Source: Patescibacteria group bacterium (GTDB lineage Bacteria; Patescibacteriota; Microgenomatia; 0-14-0-10-38-17). From it: 57,504 nt of DNA. The translations under genes and the position numbers were made by a program. The notes under the pieces are model-generated. The model worked only from the letters and a program-made list of their open reading frames with translations. It ran no database searches and had not been told where the DNA came from. This document shows, one piece after another, positions 1 through 7,900 of the stretch. Location of the stretch: the NCBI GenBank assembly GCA_050953885.1, contig JBMNNJ010000002.1, positions 190,140 to 247,643 of the forward strand. The letters are read 5' to 3'. How positions within the stretch are numbered: the first letter of the stretch is position 1; every line of letters begins with the position of its first letter.

Positions 1-54
1 TCCGCTTACCAGCCCTGGCAGGCAGTTTATCTTAGGGGAACGAAGGAATAAATC

Positions 55-366
55 GTATTTGGTATTAAGTATTTGGTATTAGGTATAAAAAGGCAATACA
101 AATTTTCGCTTCTAGGGAATAAATAGCGCCATGCGTAATAGACAAGTACAAAGCGCAAAAACTAAATCAAAATTCAAAAACAATCAATAAACTCAAATGT
201 TAAATCGCAATCCGCCAGCTGGCGGATCAAAACTACAACTCAAAACTCAAATCTGAAAAACAACTTTAAGCTTTAAAAAGTTTTAACATTTGCCATGTAG
301 ATTTGCCATTTGCCATTTGAGTTTTGCGTTTTTTATACTTAATACTTAATACTAAATACTTAATAC
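55..366. repeat. Nested imperfect palindrome block (word-type repeats) upstream of tsaD
   Basis: Outer arms gtatttggtattaagtatttggtattaggtat (55-86) and atacttaatacttaatactaaatacttaatac (335-366) are inverted. Inner caaa/tttg word arms surround the central perfect palindrome tccgccagctggcgga (211-226). Confidence 0.85.
227..311. repeat. 85-bp dispersed repeat, copy 1 (identical to 12341-12425)
   Basis: tcaaaactacaactcaaaactcaaatctgaaaaacaactttaagctttaaaaagttttaacatttgccatgtagatttgccattt was read base by base in both places. A partial third copy lies at 8608-8631. Confidence 0.95.
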
Positions 367-374
367 TATTTACG

Positions 375-1424
375 ATGCTCATCCTTGCCTTAGAAACCTC
401 TTGCGATGAAACCGGCGCGGCGGTGGTGGAAAATGGCGCTAAAATTCTTGCCAATGCAGTTGCCTCGTCGGTGGCCTTACACCAAAAAACCGGCGGCATT
501 ATCCCAGAAATGGCCGCCCGCCAACAACTGGCCTATCTCTTGCCGGTTTTAGAAGAAGCCTTGCACCAATGCCAACCCCAAAAAGATCCCCGCCAAACGC
601 TGGAAGAGGATATCGACGCCATCGCGGTCACCGTTGGCCCGGGCTTGGTTGGTTCACTGGTGGTGGGAGTGGAGGCGGCCAAAACCTTAAGTTTTTTAAC
701 CGGCAAGCCTCTTTTGCCGATTAATCATCTTTTGGGCCACCTTTTTGCTAACTGGCTGGAAAAAGAAGCAAAGGATTTCCCTCCTTTGCCGGCAGTGGCC
801 TTAATTGCCTCCGGCGGCCACACCGATTTGGTTAAGGTCGAAAAAGGAGCGCCGTTTTCTTTTTTCTATCTTGGGGGGACGCGCGATGACGCCGCCGGGG
901 AATGCTTTGACAAATGCGCCCGGGCGCTGGGTTTGGGCTATCCGGGCGGGCCGGCCATTGCCCAGGCGGCGGCCAATTTTTTCCCCAAAGAAAGCCCCAA
1001 AATCCGCCTGCCGCGGCCGATGATGAACGCCCCTAATTTTGACTTTTCTTTTTCCGGGCTTAAAACCGCCGTTGTTAACAAAATAAGAGAGCTTGAGAAA
1101 AAAGGCTCGCTTTCTCCCGCGGTCCTTAACGCCTTGGCCTGGGAAATTCAGGAGGCCATCAGCGATTGTCTGGTTGGAAAAACTCTTAAAGCCGCCGTGG
1201 AAAACCAAGCCCAAGCAATTCTTTTGGGAGGGGGAGTTTGCGCCAATAAGCGTTTGCGAGAAAAACTGGAGGAGGAAAACCGTGGCCGTTTTCCACTTTT
1301 TATCCCCAAGCCTTCTTTTTGCACCGACAACGCCGCTCCCATTGCCGCCGCCGCCTATTTTCTAAAACCAAAAGCCGTTCCCCCGTCAAGTCTCAAAGCC
1401 AAACCCAACTTAAGAATCGCTTAG
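375..1424 (+). CDS. tsaD: tRNA N6-adenosine threonylcarbamoyltransferase TsaD (Kae1/Gcp family)
   Basis: ORF 324..1424 shows ILALETSCDETGAAVV at the N-terminus, INHLLGHLF, and GGGVCANKRLRE near the C-terminus. ATG at 375 is preferred because the TTG at 324 lies inside the 'cttaatac' word repeat. Confidence 0.9.
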   Translation: MLILALETSCDETGAAVVENGAKILANAVASSVALHQKTGGIIPEMAARQQLAYLLPVLEEALHQCQPQKDPRQTLEEDIDAIAVTVGPGLVGSLVVGVEAAKTLSFLTGKPLLPINHLLGHLFANWLEKEAKDFPPLPAVALIASGGHTDLVKVEKGAPFSFFYLGGTRDDAAGECFDKCARALGLGYPGGPAIAQAAANFFPKESPKIRLPRPMMNAPNFDFSFSGLKTAVVNKIRELEKKGSLSPAVLNALAWEIQEAISDCLVGKTLKAAVENQAQAILLGGGVCANKRLREKLEEENRGRFPLFIPKPSFCTDNAAPIAAAAYFLKPKAVPPSSLKAKPNLRIA

Positions 1425-1430
1425 AAGACC

Positions 1431-1556
1431 ACACGGGCGTATGCAATACGCCCCTACAAACCTCACAACATTTTTCCTAATTTTTACATGTTTCCGCCCA
1501 AGGCGGATCAGCCTCGGGCTGATATCCTTCATTTTGTCCGCCAGCTGGCGGATCGC
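1431..1556. repeat. Cluster of short hairpin repeats (gggcgtatgcaatacgcccctac; tccgcccaaggcgga; gatcagcctcgggctgatatc; tccgccagctggcggatc)
   Basis: Four adjacent palindromes were read directly. They belong to families that recur at 211, 6846, 8592, 21589, 21867, 25001, 46453 and 49167. Confidence 0.85.
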
Positions 1557-1647
1557 GAATTACAAATTATCACCCCCCCAAACTTCTTGATTATCGCCTC
1601 CTTTTTGTGCTATTCTTAATTTAAGGAGGAAAATCTACCCCCGCGCC

Positions 1648-3477
1648 ATGAAAAAACCTGCCAAAACCCTACCGTGGTTAGGGGTGGTGGCGATCAAAAA
1701 AGCGGTTTTAATTTTTGGCCGTCATCCCCAAGAAAAGAACCTCTTTTTGGTGCTTAAAAGCAAAAACGGCCTTGATTTTTCTCCTTTCAAAACTTGGGCG
1801 GAAATTATCGACCCAAAAGGCCAACCGGAGGAAATTGAAAAAACCAGTGATTTCAACCTTAGCAAAATTAATAACCGCTATTTTCTCACCTATCTTAAAG
1901 AAGAAAAAAAAGGAAAAATTTTAAACGGCGCTTTCTGGAGCGGTTTCTCCCACTGGCAAAAAGCCGGCTCCTGGCCCAACATTAGCAAACCGGCTTTCCT
2001 TGCCCCCAACTACCGCTGGGGGAAAAAATTGGTTCTTTTTTTTGGCGGCCGGGAGATAAAAATCGCCACCTCACCTGATCTTAAAAAATGGCAAGTAGGG
2101 AAAAGAATTTTCCCCCAAAAACCCCTACTAGCAGGCCAGGAAATAAAAGTGGGGAAGGTGGTTAAAACCAAGAAGGGCCTAGCGCTTTTCTACTGCCGAC
2201 AAGTTGAATCCTCCAATCAGTGCCGCCTTGACGCCCTGCTTTTAAACCCCGAAAAACCAACCCAAGTTATCAGGAAAGAAAAGCTTTGGGAAGGAGAATG
2301 GGGCAGGAAAGTTTCTTTTTTAGGAATGGCGGTTTTGGGAAGCCGCCTATTAACTTATTGGCAGGACGATGAGGGAGAAATTTTTGCCTTAAACCTTCCT
2401 TATCTGACGCCCTTGTTTGAAAGCGAAGAAGAAGATTTTACCGCCCCCTTGGTAACCCGTTACCGCGACAACCCGATTTTAGAACCGATTAACACCCATA
2501 AATGGGAATCAAAGGCAGTTTTTAACAGCGCTGTTTTTGCCGACCGCGAAAAAATTCATCTTGTCTACCGGGCGGTCGGCGACGATGATGTTTCCGTTTG
2601 GGGATATGCGGCCAGCAAAGATGGTTTTCAAATAGAAGAAAGACTTAAAAAACCGATTTACGCTCCCCGCGAGGGTTTTGAAGGCAGCATTCGCCGCCCG
2701 GCCTCTTTTTACCGCCCCGCTTTCTCCTGCGGCAGTGGCTATGGCGGTTGCGAGGATCCTCGCGCCACTCTAATCGACAACCGTCTTTATTTTACCTATA
2801 CCGCCTTTGACGGCGGTAATCCGCCTCGTGTGGCCTTGACCTCCATTAACCTTGATGATTTTCGCGCCCATCGCTGGCGCTGGCGCCAGCCGGTACTTCT
2901 TTCCCCACCGGGGCAAACCAACAAAAACTGGGTTCTCTTCCCCCAAAAAATCAAAGGAAAATACGCACTTTTACACAGCATTTCCCCAAAAATTTTAATT
3001 GACTATCTTGACAGCCTTAATTTTGATGGCCAAACTTTCATCAAAAGCAATTACGATGGTCAAGCTCCCGGCGCCTTATGGGAAAACCGGATTCGTGGCG
3101 TCGGCACCCCGCCCTTGCTTACCCCTTTAGGCTGGCTTATTTTTTATCATGCGATGGATAAGAGCGAACCCTATCTTTATAAGATCGGGGCGATGATTTT
3201 GGATAAAGAGGAGCCGACCCGCATCCTTTGGCGCGCCCACCAGCCGGTTTTGGCGCCCCGGCAAATTTATGAAACTACCGGCGCAAAACCCGGCATTGTT
3301 TATACCTGCGGCGCGGCCGCTTTCAAAAGTAAGCTCTTGCTTTATTACGGCGCTGCCGATAACATTCTAGCAGTGGCCAGCGCGCCTTTGGAAGAATTTT
3401 TAGGCAAACTGCGCTCCGGCGGCCAACCAACGCTTAAGCCCGCTAAAATGAAAGTAAATTACCAACTGACAGCGTAG
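1648..3477 (+). CDS. Two-domain glycosidase/phosphorylase, GH130 (DUF377 beta-propeller) family
   Basis: The C-terminal half has GH130 hallmarks: RDNPILEP...WESKAVFNSAVF, HLVYRAVG, WGYAASKDG, GCEDPR, YFTYTAFDG, YYGAADN. The N-terminal ~260 aa looks like a second, degenerate propeller. An RBS (aaggagg) lies upstream. Confidence 0.7.
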   Translation: MKKPAKTLPWLGVVAIKKAVLIFGRHPQEKNLFLVLKSKNGLDFSPFKTWAEIIDPKGQPEEIEKTSDFNLSKINNRYFLTYLKEEKKGKILNGAFWSGFSHWQKAGSWPNISKPAFLAPNYRWGKKLVLFFGGREIKIATSPDLKKWQVGKRIFPQKPLLAGQEIKVGKVVKTKKGLALFYCRQVESSNQCRLDALLLNPEKPTQVIRKEKLWEGEWGRKVSFLGMAVLGSRLLTYWQDDEGEIFALNLPYLTPLFESEEEDFTAPLVTRYRDNPILEPINTHKWESKAVFNSAVFADREKIHLVYRAVGDDDVSVWGYAASKDGFQIEERLKKPIYAPREGFEGSIRRPASFYRPAFSCGSGYGGCEDPRATLIDNRLYFTYTAFDGGNPPRVALTSINLDDFRAHRWRWRQPVLLSPPGQTNKNWVLFPQKIKGKYALLHSISPKILIDYLDSLNFDGQTFIKSNYDGQAPGALWENRIRGVGTPPLLTPLGWLIFYHAMDKSEPYLYKIGAMILDKEEPTRILWRAHQPVLAPRQIYETTGAKPGIVYTCGAAAFKSKLLLYYGAADNILAVASAPLEEFLGKLRSGGQPTLKPAKMKVNYQLTA

Positions 3478-3500
3478 ACAGAATTAAGTATAAAAATTAA

Positions 3501-3550
3501 TTCAAAAGGCAAAATTCAAAATGCAAAATTACAATTCAAAATTCAAAAGT
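3501..3550. repeat. Left arm of inverted 'caaaattcaaaagt' word repeat bracketing the four-helix-bundle gene
   Basis: ttcaaaaggcaaaattcaaaatgcaaaattacaattcaaaattcaaaagt is complementary to 3901-3940. The gene's ATG (3521) and first ~10 codons lie inside this arm. Confidence 0.8.
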
Positions 3551-3895
3551 GATTTAAAGAAAAGGTGCTTTAGGTTTAGTCTGACTATCATTGATTTTAT
3601 TGACACTCTTCCTAATAAAAAAGCGGCTTGGATTATTGCTGACCAACTCTTAAGAGCGGCAATGTCTATTGGCGCTAACCTTATTGAAGGCAGTGCGGCC
3701 AGTTCAAGGTTGGAATACAAAAAATACTATGAAATTGCTTTAAAAAGCGCTAATGAAACCAAGTATTGGCTGTGCCTATTAAGAGATTCAGGCTTGGGGG
3801 AAAAAGAAAGAACTCAAGCTCTCTTAGATGAGGCAACCCAGCTGGCTAATATGTTAGCAGCTGGAGTAATGAAGCTGAAAAGAAAAACTTTTTAA
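3521..3895 (+). CDS. Four-helix-bundle protein (23S rRNA intervening-sequence protein family, TIGR02436/PF05635-like)
   Basis: 124 aa with the typical layout: ...FSLTIIDFIDTLP...ADQLLRAAMSIGANLIEGSAA.S..E...YYEIALKSANETKYWLCLL. Confidence 0.8.
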   Translation: MQNYNSKFKSDLKKRCFRFSLTIIDFIDTLPNKKAAWIIADQLLRAAMSIGANLIEGSAASSRLEYKKYYEIALKSANETKYWLCLLRDSGLGEKERTQALLDEATQLANMLAAGVMKLKRKTF

Positions 3896-3900
3896 TTTTA

Positions 3901-3940
3901 ACTTGAACTTTTGACTTTTGAATTTTGAATTTTGACTTTT
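3901..3940. repeat. Right arm of inverted word repeat bracketing the four-helix-bundle gene
   Basis: acttgaacttttgacttttgaattttgaattttgactttt is the reverse complement (imperfect) of the 3501-3550 arm. Confidence 0.8.
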
Positions 3941-3946
3941 ACTACC

Positions 3947-5902
3947 ATGCTCTTTACCCGCCATCCCCAAAATCCCATTTTAGGCCCTGACGAAGATCAG
4001 CCATGGGAAGCCCTGGCCACTTTTAACGGCAGTATTGCTCCCAACAACAAAGGTTATCATTTTCTTTATCGGGCTCAAAGCACGGTTAAGCGCTATTTTG
4101 ATCAGGATATCAGTCTTTCCTCCATCGGCTACGCCCAAAGCCCCGACGGGATTAACTTCAAAAACCGACGGCTCTTTATTCATCCCGAAGACCCCTGGGA
4201 GCAATTCGGCGCCGAGGATCCCCGGGTGACCAAATTAGGAAAATACTACTATATTTTTTATACCGCTCTTTCCGCCTTCCCTCCTCAACCGTCGGATATT
4301 AAAATCGGTGTCGCCCTCACCCGTGACTTTAAAAAGATTGAACAAAAGCATCAGGCCACCCATTTTAACTCCAAGGCGATGGCTCTTTTCCCGGAAAAAA
4401 TTAACGGGAAAGCGACGGCTCTTTTAACCGTCCACACCGACCGGCCGCCGGCAAAAATTTGTCTTGTCTCTTTTGGCAACGAGGAAGAAATTTGGTTTCG
4501 GCCTTTTTGGGAAAAATGGTATGCCTCTTGGGAGAAAAATGCTCTTAACCTCTCCTGTGGGGAAAAAGACCATCTGGAGCTGGGAAGCACCCCTCTTAAA
4601 ACCCCCAAGGGTTGGCTTATTTTTTACTCCTATATTGAAAACTACTTTGCCGGCCGGCCAAAATTTACCGTTCGCGCCGCCCTTTTGGACCCCAAAAACC
4701 CCCAAAGGGTTTTGGCCGAAAGCGGCTCTCTTCTTGAGCCGCGGGAAGAATACGAGCGCTTTGGTCAGGTACCGGGAGTTATTTTCCCCTCGGGAGCCAC
4801 ACTTAAAAACGATCAAGTTTATCTCTACTACGGCGCCGCCGACACCACCTGCTGTTTGGCGACCGCTCCTCTTGGGGAAATTTTGAAAGAGCTTCTTTTA
4901 CCAAAAAAAATTACGATCATTGACCAAAGCAGGGAATTCCGTTTAAAACAATACCCCAAAAACCCCATTCTTACCCCCAAACGGGAGCATCCTTGGGAAT
5001 CACGCTATGTTTTAAACCCGGGAGCAATTTTTGCCGGCAACCGAGTTCATCTTCTCTACCGCGCAATGGGAGAAGATTACACCTCGGTCTTAGGATATGC
5101 TTCAAGTAAGGATGGTTTTAGTTTTGATAAACGTCTTGACTTGCCGGTTTACACCCCCCGAGCCGATTTTGAACTTAAGACCGAACCCAATATTTATTCC
5201 GGTTGTGAAGATCCCCGCCTAACTTTATTAAACGATCAGCTTTATCTTTGTTACACCGGCTTTGACGGCAAAACCCCCACCGCCGTCGCCCTTTCCTCAA
5301 TTAAACTAAGCGATTTTTTGGCCCACCGCTGGCAATGGGCTTTCCCTCAACGGCTTTCTTATCCGGGCCGAAGCGATAAAAATGCCGCTCTTTTACCGGA
5401 AAAACTTGGCGGCCAATATGTTTTCTTTCACCGCGTCGGCCATTGCATTTGGGTGGACCGTATTGATAACTTAGAATGTTTTGGTAAAGTTTGCTGGCTG
5501 GGGGGGCAGGTGATTCTTTGGCCAAGAGCAGGCAAATGGGACAGCGAGAAAATCGGCATTGCCGGCCCTCCCCACGAAACTCCTGACGGCTGGGTGTTAA
5601 TTTACCATGGTCTTTCACGGCAAGACCATCAGTATCGTTTAGGAGCGGTTTTGCTGGACCGCAAAAATCCGGAAAAAGTTTTGCGCCAGCTTGATAATCC
5701 CATCCTTGAGCCCCAAGAACCTTACGAAAAAGAAGGTCTTAGACCGGGAACGGTTTTCTCCTGCGGCAGTGTGATTTTAGGAGATCAGCTTTTGGTTTAC
5801 TACGGCGCCGCCGATCAGGTGGTAGCGGTTGCTTCCGGCTCTTTTAAAAAATTGCTTAAAAACCTCAAAAACGCCCCCGCCCCCCAGACAACTATATTCT
5901 GA
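3947..5902 (+). CDS. Tandem-domain GH130-family glycosidase/phosphorylase
   Basis: Two GH130-like units are present: N-terminal (HPQNPILGPDEDQPWE..ATFNG, FLYRAQ, IGYAQSPDG, AEDPRV, YLYYGAADT) and C-terminal (YPKNPILTPKREHPWE, LLYRAMG, LGYASSKDG, GCEDPRL, LVYYGAADQ). ATG at 3947 is preferred because the TTG at 3932 lies in the repeat arm. Confidence 0.7.
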   Translation: MLFTRHPQNPILGPDEDQPWEALATFNGSIAPNNKGYHFLYRAQSTVKRYFDQDISLSSIGYAQSPDGINFKNRRLFIHPEDPWEQFGAEDPRVTKLGKYYYIFYTALSAFPPQPSDIKIGVALTRDFKKIEQKHQATHFNSKAMALFPEKINGKATALLTVHTDRPPAKICLVSFGNEEEIWFRPFWEKWYASWEKNALNLSCGEKDHLELGSTPLKTPKGWLIFYSYIENYFAGRPKFTVRAALLDPKNPQRVLAESGSLLEPREEYERFGQVPGVIFPSGATLKNDQVYLYYGAADTTCCLATAPLGEILKELLLPKKITIIDQSREFRLKQYPKNPILTPKREHPWESRYVLNPGAIFAGNRVHLLYRAMGEDYTSVLGYASSKDGFSFDKRLDLPVYTPRADFELKTEPNIYSGCEDPRLTLLNDQLYLCYTGFDGKTPTAVALSSIKLSDFLAHRWQWAFPQRLSYPGRSDKNAALLPEKLGGQYVFFHRVGHCIWVDRIDNLECFGKVCWLGGQVILWPRAGKWDSEKIGIAGPPHETPDGWVLIYHGLSRQDHQYRLGAVLLDRKNPEKVLRQLDNPILEPQEPYEKEGLRPGTVFSCGSVILGDQLLVYYGAADQVVAVASGSFKKLLKNLKNAPAPQTTIF

Positions 5903-5940
5903 TCGACAAGAGACAGGGGCAGGTAAATATGGCGCACGGG

Positions 5941-6146
5941 TTTTTGGCGCGGGCAGACGATAAACAAATGCAAAGCGCAAAGAGCAAAAAGCAAAACCTA
6001 AATCAAAGTGCAAAAACATTTTTAATTTATGGTTTTGGTCTTTGAACTTGGTTTTGCTCTTTGATTTTTGATATTTGATTTATTTTTATATTATTCGTTC
6101 ATTCGTGTCCATTCGTTTCCAATTCGTGTGAATTCGTGTCTTTGAC
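5941..6146. repeat. Intergenic hairpin of caaag/ctttg words followed by 'attcgtg' word run
   Basis: caaagcgcaaagagcaaaaagcaaaacctaaatcaaagtgcaaaaac faces ggttttggtctttgaacttggttttgctctttgatttttg, followed by ttcgtgtccattcgtttccaattcgtgtgaattcgtgtc. Sub-words are shared with 46369-46412 (inverted). Confidence 0.8.
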
Positions 6147-6149
6147 AAT

Positions 6150-7850
6150 TTATTCTTCCCCAAACACCTCCGCCGTGTAGGTAAAAAGCTCCACTTCAGG
6201 ATGGCGCCAGCAATCAGCCGGCAAGCCGGCTTTTTCAACACAAAGATTAGTTAAAAATTCCTCCCGGCTCCAACCGGTTTCCTCGGCCACCTGAGGCAAA
6301 AAAGTGGCGCTCCTCTGGCCATATTTTAAATAAACGCCGTGTTTCCCCATTTCAATTTCCTCAACCGAATTAACTTTTCTCATCGGCGATAAAACAGAAA
6401 TTTCTATTTTTATTTCCTCAAGCTCTTCAGGGGAAAGAGGCAAAAAGCGGGGGTCATCAAATGCGGCCGCCAAAGCCATTTTTTTCACCTTTTCCCAAAG
6501 CGGTTCGTCAGCCGAAAAATCGCCAATACAGCCCCGCAGTTGGCCGTTTTTCTTCAGGGTCACAAAAACGCCCCGCTTTTGCGCTAAGCGAGGAGTAGGG
6601 GGCGGCTGATCGGGGACTTCTCCTTTTCCAAAATAGTTTTCAAGCGCTCCTCGGGCGCGGCTAAGAAGCATTTCCTTCTCTTCTTGAGAAAATTCCTCTT
6701 GACCATCAGCTGGTTGACTTTCCTCAACCGCTCCAGGGCGATTCTGTCCACCAGCGGGTAGATTAGAGTAACGGTTATAAACAGCGTCATTCTGAACTTG
6801 ATTCAGAATCTGTTTGCGATTTGAAATTTCCAAAGACTGATTCTGTCCGCCAGCTGGCGGATCGTCAGAATGACGAGAGCTGCCAGCGGAAATATTCAGC
6901 CAAAAACCAATCGCCGCATAGCCCACCGCCCGCTCTTTCTCGCCAGTAACCTCGCCGGAATTGGTTAACGAGAAAAGCTTTTGTTTGGTCATCCCCAAAG
7001 CCTGACCTACCTTAAGCCCCACCCGAATCGCTTCCTCCCCACAGGCAAAGGTGGCCACTTGAGGGTAATTTTGGCTTAATTCCTCAAGCGTTTTTGAAAA
7101 AACCTCTTCTTTGCCGGAAAGAATGGCCGCCACCGTCTGTTCATCAACCGCCCGCGCCAAGTCTGCCGGCGGATAATGAGAAAGATCGGAGGAAACCACC
7201 AAAAGAGTCTGCTCGTCAAAAACATTACTTATTTTTTGTGCCAACAAGCTTAAAACCGCTTCGTCCGCTTGGCCAAGCAAAATGGGGATAATTTTAAGAT
7301 CTTCCAAGCCGACCGTCTGCAGAAAGGGAAGAAGCACCTCCAAACAATGTTCGTTCTCGTGGGGTAAACTGTTAATGATAATTCCTCCCTCCTTATCTTG
7401 GAGTTTGCTAATTTTTTCCTTATCCAAAGCCAGCCTGCCTAAAGGCGTCTGCCAAAAATCGTTACCATCAAGAGCGGCGCCGGCAAAATAGGCCTGATGG
7501 GAAGGCCCCAAAAGAATAACCGTTTTAAAATTTCCCCCTTTAACTTGAGCAAAAGCCTGAGCCGCCACCGACCCGGAATAAGGATAACCGGCATGGGGAA
7601 CAATTAAAAAATTAGGCGCTTCCCCCACCTCTTCTAAAGGCAGGGCTTTTGAGAAAAACAAGGCTAATTGTTCTTCCAACACCTCTTTTTGGGCTGGATA
7701 AAACTGACCGGCCACGGCTGGTTCTCTTATTAAAGGCTTTTCCATTTTTTGTTTTTCTTCGCTCCCTCCTTTTACGGCTAAAATAACAACAACGAGCGTT
7801 AAAAGCCCGGCTAAAACCAAGCCGCCGGCAATTAATTTCCTTTTTCCCAC
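6150..7850 (-). CDS. Fusion protein: N-terminal membrane anchor + Memo-like (AmmeMemoRadiSam system protein B) + AMMECR1 (protein A) domains
   Basis: Memo part: AVAGQFYP, IVPHAGYPYSG, ILLGPSH, VVSSDLSHY. AMMECR1 part: RGVFVTLKKNGQLRGCIG...DPRF. The TM helix is LIAGGLVLAGLLTLVVVILAV. The start is uncertain: GTG 7850 is preferred, and the ORF extends to 7919 in AT-rich repeat words. Confidence 0.8.
   Translation of the reverse strand: MGKRKLIAGGLVLAGLLTLVVVILAVKGGSEEKQKMEKPLIREPAVAGQFYPAQKEVLEEQLALFFSKALPLEEVGEAPNFLIVPHAGYPYSGSVAAQAFAQVKGGNFKTVILLGPSHQAYFAGAALDGNDFWQTPLGRLALDKEKISKLQDKEGGIIINSLPHENEHCLEVLLPFLQTVGLEDLKIIPILLGQADEAVLSLLAQKISNVFDEQTLLVVSSDLSHYPPADLARAVDEQTVAAILSGKEEVFSKTLEELSQNYPQVATFACGEEAIRVGLKVGQALGMTKQKLFSLTNSGEVTGEKERAVGYAAIGFWLNISAGSSRHSDDPPAGGQNQSLEISNRKQILNQVQNDAVYNRYSNLPAGGQNRPGAVEESQPADGQEEFSQEEKEMLLSRARGALENYFGKGEVPDQPPPTPRLAQKRGVFVTLKKNGQLRGCIGDFSADEPLWEKVKKMALAAAFDDPRFLPLSPEELEEIKIEISVLSPMRKVNSVEEIEMGKHGVYLKYGQRSATFLPQVAEETGWSREEFLTNLCVEKAGLPADCWRHPEVELFTYTAEVFGEE
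6739..6880. repeat. Three intergenic-type palindromic repeat units lying in frame inside the Memo-AMMECR1 ORF
   Basis: gattctgtccgccagctggcggatc (6839-6863) is identical to 8585-8609. agcgtcattctgaacttgattcagaatc (6783-6810) matches 8865-8892 and 21549-21576. A variant gattctgtccaccagcgggtagatt lies at 6740-6764. Confidence 0.9.
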
Positions 7851-7900
7851 CCTTTCTATTGTATAATATTTAAGATAGTATTTGGTATCTTGTATTAAGT

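Noticed and set aside
1-30. Possible first ~25 nt of a 5S rRNA on the minus strand (reverse complement ...ctgcctgccagggctggtaagcgga resembles 5S 5' ends).
   Set aside because: Too little sequence lies inside the window to support any call.
266-499. 77-aa minus-strand ORF overlapping the tsaD start.
   Set aside because: It is antisense to the well-supported tsaD N-terminus and otherwise reads through word repeats. Repeat-rich DNA here generates many spurious ORFs.
801-1365. Several 64-137-aa ORFs (both strands) inside tsaD. Similar nested or antisense ORFs lie inside GH130, valS, A2M, DUF4012, nnrD, tmk, uppP and others.
   Set aside because: All lie within confidently assigned genes, have Arg/Pro/Gly- or Lys/Phe-rich low-complexity translations typical of off-frame reading, and lack RBS context.
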